Assembly (NCBI GenBank): GCA_964497425.1
Contig: CAZCCR010000004.1
Span: 6,345-70,344 of the forward strand
Direction of reading: 5' to 3'
Origin: an uncultured Gaiellales bacterium
Lineage (GTDB): Bacteria; Actinomycetota; Thermoleophilia; BMS3ABIN01
DNA length: 64,000 bases
The notes under the pieces were generated by a model. It was not told where the DNA came from, did not search any database, and was given only the letters and a program-made list of their open reading frames with translations. Positions 60,545-64,000 of this stretch are shown here, one piece after another. The first letter of the stretch is position 1, and the number at the start of each line of letters is the position of its first letter. Made by a program: the position numbers and the translations under genes.

Positions 60545-62743
60545 TCAGAACAGCGGGTCCATCTCCAGCGCCGGATGACCGACCCTGGTCAGATATTCCA
60601 GAACCTCTTCTTCCTCCACCGCGTCCTCCTCGGTGGCTATCTTGTCGATCAGGTCGGGGACGCCTTCGCGCTCACCGGCCTTTTCCAGGATGTCGCGCAT
60701 CTCCTCTTTCAGCTCCTTGGGCATCCAGACCAGACGCTTGATGCCACCGTCGGCGGCGATGAATTTGGGCGAGCCCATGTAGAAACGTGAGTGCCCCAGA
60801 AAGCCCGGGGTCTGGACACCGCCGCCCACGGAGCCGGCCAGGGTGGAGAATTTCATGCCCGAGGGCGTCTCCCCCTTGAACTCGCGGTTGACGGTCATGA
60901 TGCCGTTGCACATGGGCAGCACGCAGCTGATCACCTCGAAGCAGCCGCAGGAGGTCATGGGGTTCTCCATCATCGAGTAGGTGTTGAAGGCCTCCACCTG
61001 ACCTTGTGAGTTCTCCTTGACGTACTCGTTGACGCCGGTCCACTGGCCGCGGGCGTCGTCGATGGTCTCGCCCTTGGGCACCGGCTGATTGCCGCCGGTG
61101 GGGTTCATCTCGTAGGCGGCCTTTCCGTCCAGCCAGTTGTAGGAGCCGCAGAGGCCGGGCCTCTCCGGCGTTATCACGCAGACATGGGTCGGCGCGAAGC
61201 TCTGGCAGAGGATGCAGGAGTAGAACGTGTCCACACTCTCGTCCGTGAGGCTGCCCAGGCGCTCGTCACGCTCGTGATAGGCCTGACGCGCGCGCTCCAG
61301 CAAGTTCTCCACGTCCTCCTGTTTGGTGTAGATGGTCACCTGCACCTTGTCCACCACCTCGCCGAAGTCGGCGTGGTAGCGGGCGTGGATTATCTTGCCC
61401 AGGTGTTCGAAGGTGAAGCCGGCGTCCTTGGCGCGCTTGCTGATGCGCATCCAGATAGTGTCGCGCTGGCCCATGTGCAGCACACCTTCGGCTTCGTTGT
61501 AGAAGGTATGTCCCTGACGCTCGAGGATGGGCTCGAAGTCCTTCTGCATCTTGCGCCCCGAGACCTCCACATGGATGGCGAAGGGAATGGTGGACTCCTC
61601 CTCCACCTCGTCGATCTCGGGACCTACGACCTCAACCTTGCCATCCTCCACGTCCTCGGCTATCTCGGTGAACTCGCAGCCGGCGGACTTGGGGCCCGCC
61701 AGCTCCACCCAGTACTCGCCCTTGCGGATGCGCTCACCCTCGAAAGCGGGGCTGTAGGCCACCGGCACCGGCACCTCGCTGACCACCACCTTGAGGCCGC
61801 GCACCTCGATGGCGCGGGCTACCATCTCGTCGTGGGGCACTTCGCTGACCACGTGTTCGTAGGTGCAGACGCCCGTGGGGAGTATCTCCGGGATGGGCGT
61901 ATCGGCGATGGCCGGGAAACCGTAGGAGATGGCCCCGGCGGCGGTGGCGTATTTCTTGTCCGTCACTTCGCCGAATGCCATGACGAAGGCGAAGATTCGG
62001 TCCTTGTTGTAACGGAGCACCCGGCGATAGTCTCCGGCTTCGACACCGCCGAAAGCAAGCGCCGCGCGGGTGGCGAAGCCCAGAGAGAAGATGTGACCGT
62101 AGATGGAGGGGCTGAAGGGGACCAGGCGCGTGTTCCAGCCCAGTTCCACGCCGCCCTCCACAAGCTGTTCGGCGAAGCTGACCCCCTGGTCCTTGCCGGC
62201 GATGAAGACATACAGCATCTTCTGCTTCAGTTCCTGGGCGATATTCACAGCCGTCTCCACGTCCGGGGCGGCGCCGGTGATTGCGGCGAAGCCGGGGGCG
62301 GTGCCGTCTACGAACTCGACGCCGCGCTCGCGCATGATGACGTCGTCAGCGGCGCCCAGCCAGAGGTTGTCCTCCGTGGGCGCGTCCGTGGCGGTATATG
62401 TCCCGGGCTCGAGCAGGTACTTGAGGCTCTCGATGATCTCCTCGCAGAACAGCGTGGCGATACCGGCGTCGAGAGTGGTGCCCAGATAAGGCGTCCAGAG
62501 CCGGTCCGAGGGCTCGTCGGGCAGCAGCTCGCGCGCGTGCCCCAGCACCTGCTCCATGTCCCCCACCTTCTCCACGCGGATGCCGGTCAGTCCGTAGATG
62601 ACCGGCAGGTAGTAGCCGGTGTTTGGAAGCTCGACGACAGCATCGGCGCCGACGCTGTCCATGGCCTTCTGGAAGGATTCCTCGGCCTCGTTGAATATCT
62701 GGTGAGCCCCGGCGATTGCGGATGTTGCGATTATTTTACTCAT
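60545..62743 (-). CDS. acsB: acetyl-CoA synthase (CODH/ACS beta subunit)
   Basis: A-cluster ligands CILCQSFAPTHVCV and CGCFE. Confidence 0.93.
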   Translation of the reverse strand: MSKIIATSAIAGAHQIFNEAEESFQKAMDSVGADAVVELPNTGYYLPVIYGLTGIRVEKVGDMEQVLGHARELLPDEPSDRLWTPYLGTTLDAGIATLFCEEIIESLKYLLEPGTYTATDAPTEDNLWLGAADDVIMRERGVEFVDGTAPGFAAITGAAPDVETAVNIAQELKQKMLYVFIAGKDQGVSFAEQLVEGGVELGWNTRLVPFSPSIYGHIFSLGFATRAALAFGGVEAGDYRRVLRYNKDRIFAFVMAFGEVTDKKYATAAGAISYGFPAIADTPIPEILPTGVCTYEHVVSEVPHDEMVARAIEVRGLKVVVSEVPVPVAYSPAFEGERIRKGEYWVELAGPKSAGCEFTEIAEDVEDGKVEVVGPEIDEVEEESTIPFAIHVEVSGRKMQKDFEPILERQGHTFYNEAEGVLHMGQRDTIWMRISKRAKDAGFTFEHLGKIIHARYHADFGEVVDKVQVTIYTKQEDVENLLERARQAYHERDERLGSLTDESVDTFYSCILCQSFAPTHVCVITPERPGLCGSYNWLDGKAAYEMNPTGGNQPVPKGETIDDARGQWTGVNEYVKENSQGQVEAFNTYSMMENPMTSCGCFEVISCVLPMCNGIMTVNREFKGETPSGMKFSTLAGSVGGGVQTPGFLGHSRFYMGSPKFIAADGGIKRLVWMPKELKEEMRDILEKAGEREGVPDLIDKIATEEDAVEEEEVLEYLTRVGHPALEMDPLF

Positions 62744-62776
62744 ATCCCTGTGTTCCTTTCAGTCCCGGAGCCCGGC

Positions 62777-64000
62777 TCAGTGGGCCTTGAGCTCTCGCCT
62801 GGCCGCCATGTCCATCAGCACCCGCTCCTTCTCCTCCTGGATGCCCAGCGCTTCACGCTTCTCCTGGATGCGGTTCCAGACCATCTCCAGCAGCTTGTCA
62901 TAATCTGGTTCGAACACCAGCTGTCCTCCCACCTTCTGTTCCCAGCCGCTGGACATCAGCTCGACTACCTCCTTGCAGTCCGCGACCGGGTTGCGCACAC
63001 CGAAAGCGACATAAACGCCGGACGCTGCACAGTACGTGCCGATGGCCAGAGCCTTCTCGCAGTAGTATTCGGGGCAGATGCCGGCGACGGGCAGGTCGGA
63101 TATGTCCTCGCCCAGGCCGCCCTCCGCCACCACATGGCTGAGGATGGTGAGGATGCGCGAGTTGTCCACGCAGCTGCCCAGATGCAGCACCGGCGGCATA
63201 CCCACCGCCTCGCAGACCTCCCGCAGGCCCTCGCCTGCCTCCTCCAGCATCTCCGGCTGCAGCAGGCCGTGCTTGGCCGAAGCGTGGGCGGCACAGCCGG
63301 TCTGTACCACCAGCACGTTGCGCTTGATCAACTCGCGGGTGAGATGGATGATGCCCGCGTCCTGGGTCACCCTTGCGTTGTTGCATCCGACGATGGCCAC
63401 CGCTCCCTGGATACGGCCGTTTATGATGTTGTCGTTCAGCGGCCGGAAGGAAGCGCGGTAGCGCCCGCCCAGCATGTAGTTGATGTATTCGTGGGAGAAG
63501 CCGGCCACCTGCTCGCCCTTGTATGAGGGGATGGCGGTCTCGCCGCGGTTCTCGTAGTTGTCGATGCCCATGCGCACAATCTCCTTGGCCATGTCCAGGG
63601 CACGCTCCTCGTCGAACTCCACGTGGATGGCGCCGGTGATCTTGGCCTTGGGCGAAGTGGTGATCAGCTTGGTGTGGAACTTCTCCGCCAGGGGCGCCAG
63701 CGCCTGCATCACGCACTGGACGTCCACGATCATGGCGTCCACGGAGCCGGTGATGAGCGCCAGCTCCTGGTGCAGGAAGTTGCCCGCCGGCGGGATGCCG
63801 TGGCGCATCAGCACCTCGTTGGCGGTGCAGCATATGCCCGCCAGGTTGACGCCCTTGGCGCCCTTGCTCTTGGCGTATTCGATGATCTCCGGGTCCTGGG
63901 CCGCCGCTACGATCATGTCGGAGAGCGTCGGCTCGTGGCCATGGACGATGATGTTCACCTCGTCATCCTTGAGCACGCCCAGGTTGGCCTCCGCCACCAG
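62777..64000 (-). CDS. acsA: anaerobic carbon monoxide dehydrogenase catalytic subunit, C-terminal part (N-terminus beyond the window end)
   Basis: CooS-type C-cluster region (IIVHGHEP, CC...LMRHGIPPAGN, IVGCNNA, GSCVDNSR). The leading M at 63997 is not a real start because the gene runs off the window. Confidence 0.88.
   Translation of the reverse strand: MVAEANLGVLKDDEVNIIVHGHEPTLSDMIVAAAQDPEIIEYAKSKGAKGVNLAGICCTANEVLMRHGIPPAGNFLHQELALITGSVDAMIVDVQCVMQALAPLAEKFHTKLITTSPKAKITGAIHVEFDEERALDMAKEIVRMGIDNYENRGETAIPSYKGEQVAGFSHEYINYMLGGRYRASFRPLNDNIINGRIQGAVAIVGCNNARVTQDAGIIHLTRELIKRNVLVVQTGCAAHASAKHGLLQPEMLEEAGEGLREVCEAVGMPPVLHLGSCVDNSRILTILSHVVAEGGLGEDISDLPVAGICPEYYCEKALAIGTYCAASGVYVAFGVRNPVADCKEVVELMSSGWEQKVGGQLVFEPDYDKLLEMVWNRIQEKREALGIQEEKERVLMDMAARRELKAH

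Noticed and set aside
63995-64000. Apparent start codon of cooS/acsA at 63997
   Set aside because: The gene is truncated by the window edge. Full-length CooS is ~630-670 aa and only ~406 aa are present.

Overview
This is a high-GC (~65%) bacterial chromosomal fragment, and nearly all genes sit on the minus strand. Going from high to low coordinates on that strand, the window holds the following blocks:

- **Wood-Ljungdahl / acetyl-CoA pathway cluster (46.6-64 kb):** cooS/acsA (partial), acsB, acsC, a GltD-like-ferredoxin-MvhD fusion, metV, metF, acsE, a NuoF-like protein, nfnAB, and one selenocysteine formate dehydrogenase whose in-frame TGA splits it into two ORF-track entries.
- **Exopolysaccharide locus (31-46.5 kb):** initiating sugar transferase, wzx, three paralogous type-I phosphodiesterase (AP-superfamily) enzymes, two Wzy/O-antigen-ligase-like proteins, a Wzz-like protein, GT2 and 2x GT4. 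A near-consensus sigma70-type promoter and a palindromic operator lie upstream.
- **Plus-strand operon (23-28 kb):** HprK-like P-loop kinase, PqqD-family peptide-binding protein, lasso-type B2 transglutaminase-like protease, a large GT-C-like polytopic membrane protein and a nucleotidyltransferase. Next to it are a signal-anchored FN3-domain protein and an orphan radical-SAM/SPASM enzyme. This looks like a RiPP-type tailoring module with no cyclase, no exporter and no visible precursor, embedded in the polysaccharide locus. It is the best candidate for an undescribed system in the window.
- **Housekeeping block (9-23 kb):** hemW, hrcA-dnaJ (no grpE/dnaK), rsmE, mtaB, HIT, yqeY, phoH, 7TM-HD hydrolase, ybeY, dgkA-PAP2 fusion, GNAT, era, deoC.
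- **hisIE and trpEGDC (4.7-9.2 kb).**
- **Type IV pilus inner-membrane assembly set (0.7-4.6 kb):** pilM-pilN-pilO plus a G/T-repeat lipoprotein. PilM carries unusual extensions, and there is no secretin.
- **aroC (partial), 1-598.**

No rRNA, tRNA, CRISPR array or transposase was found. Several gene starts were refined manually; the ORF track shows TTG/GTG starts as M.
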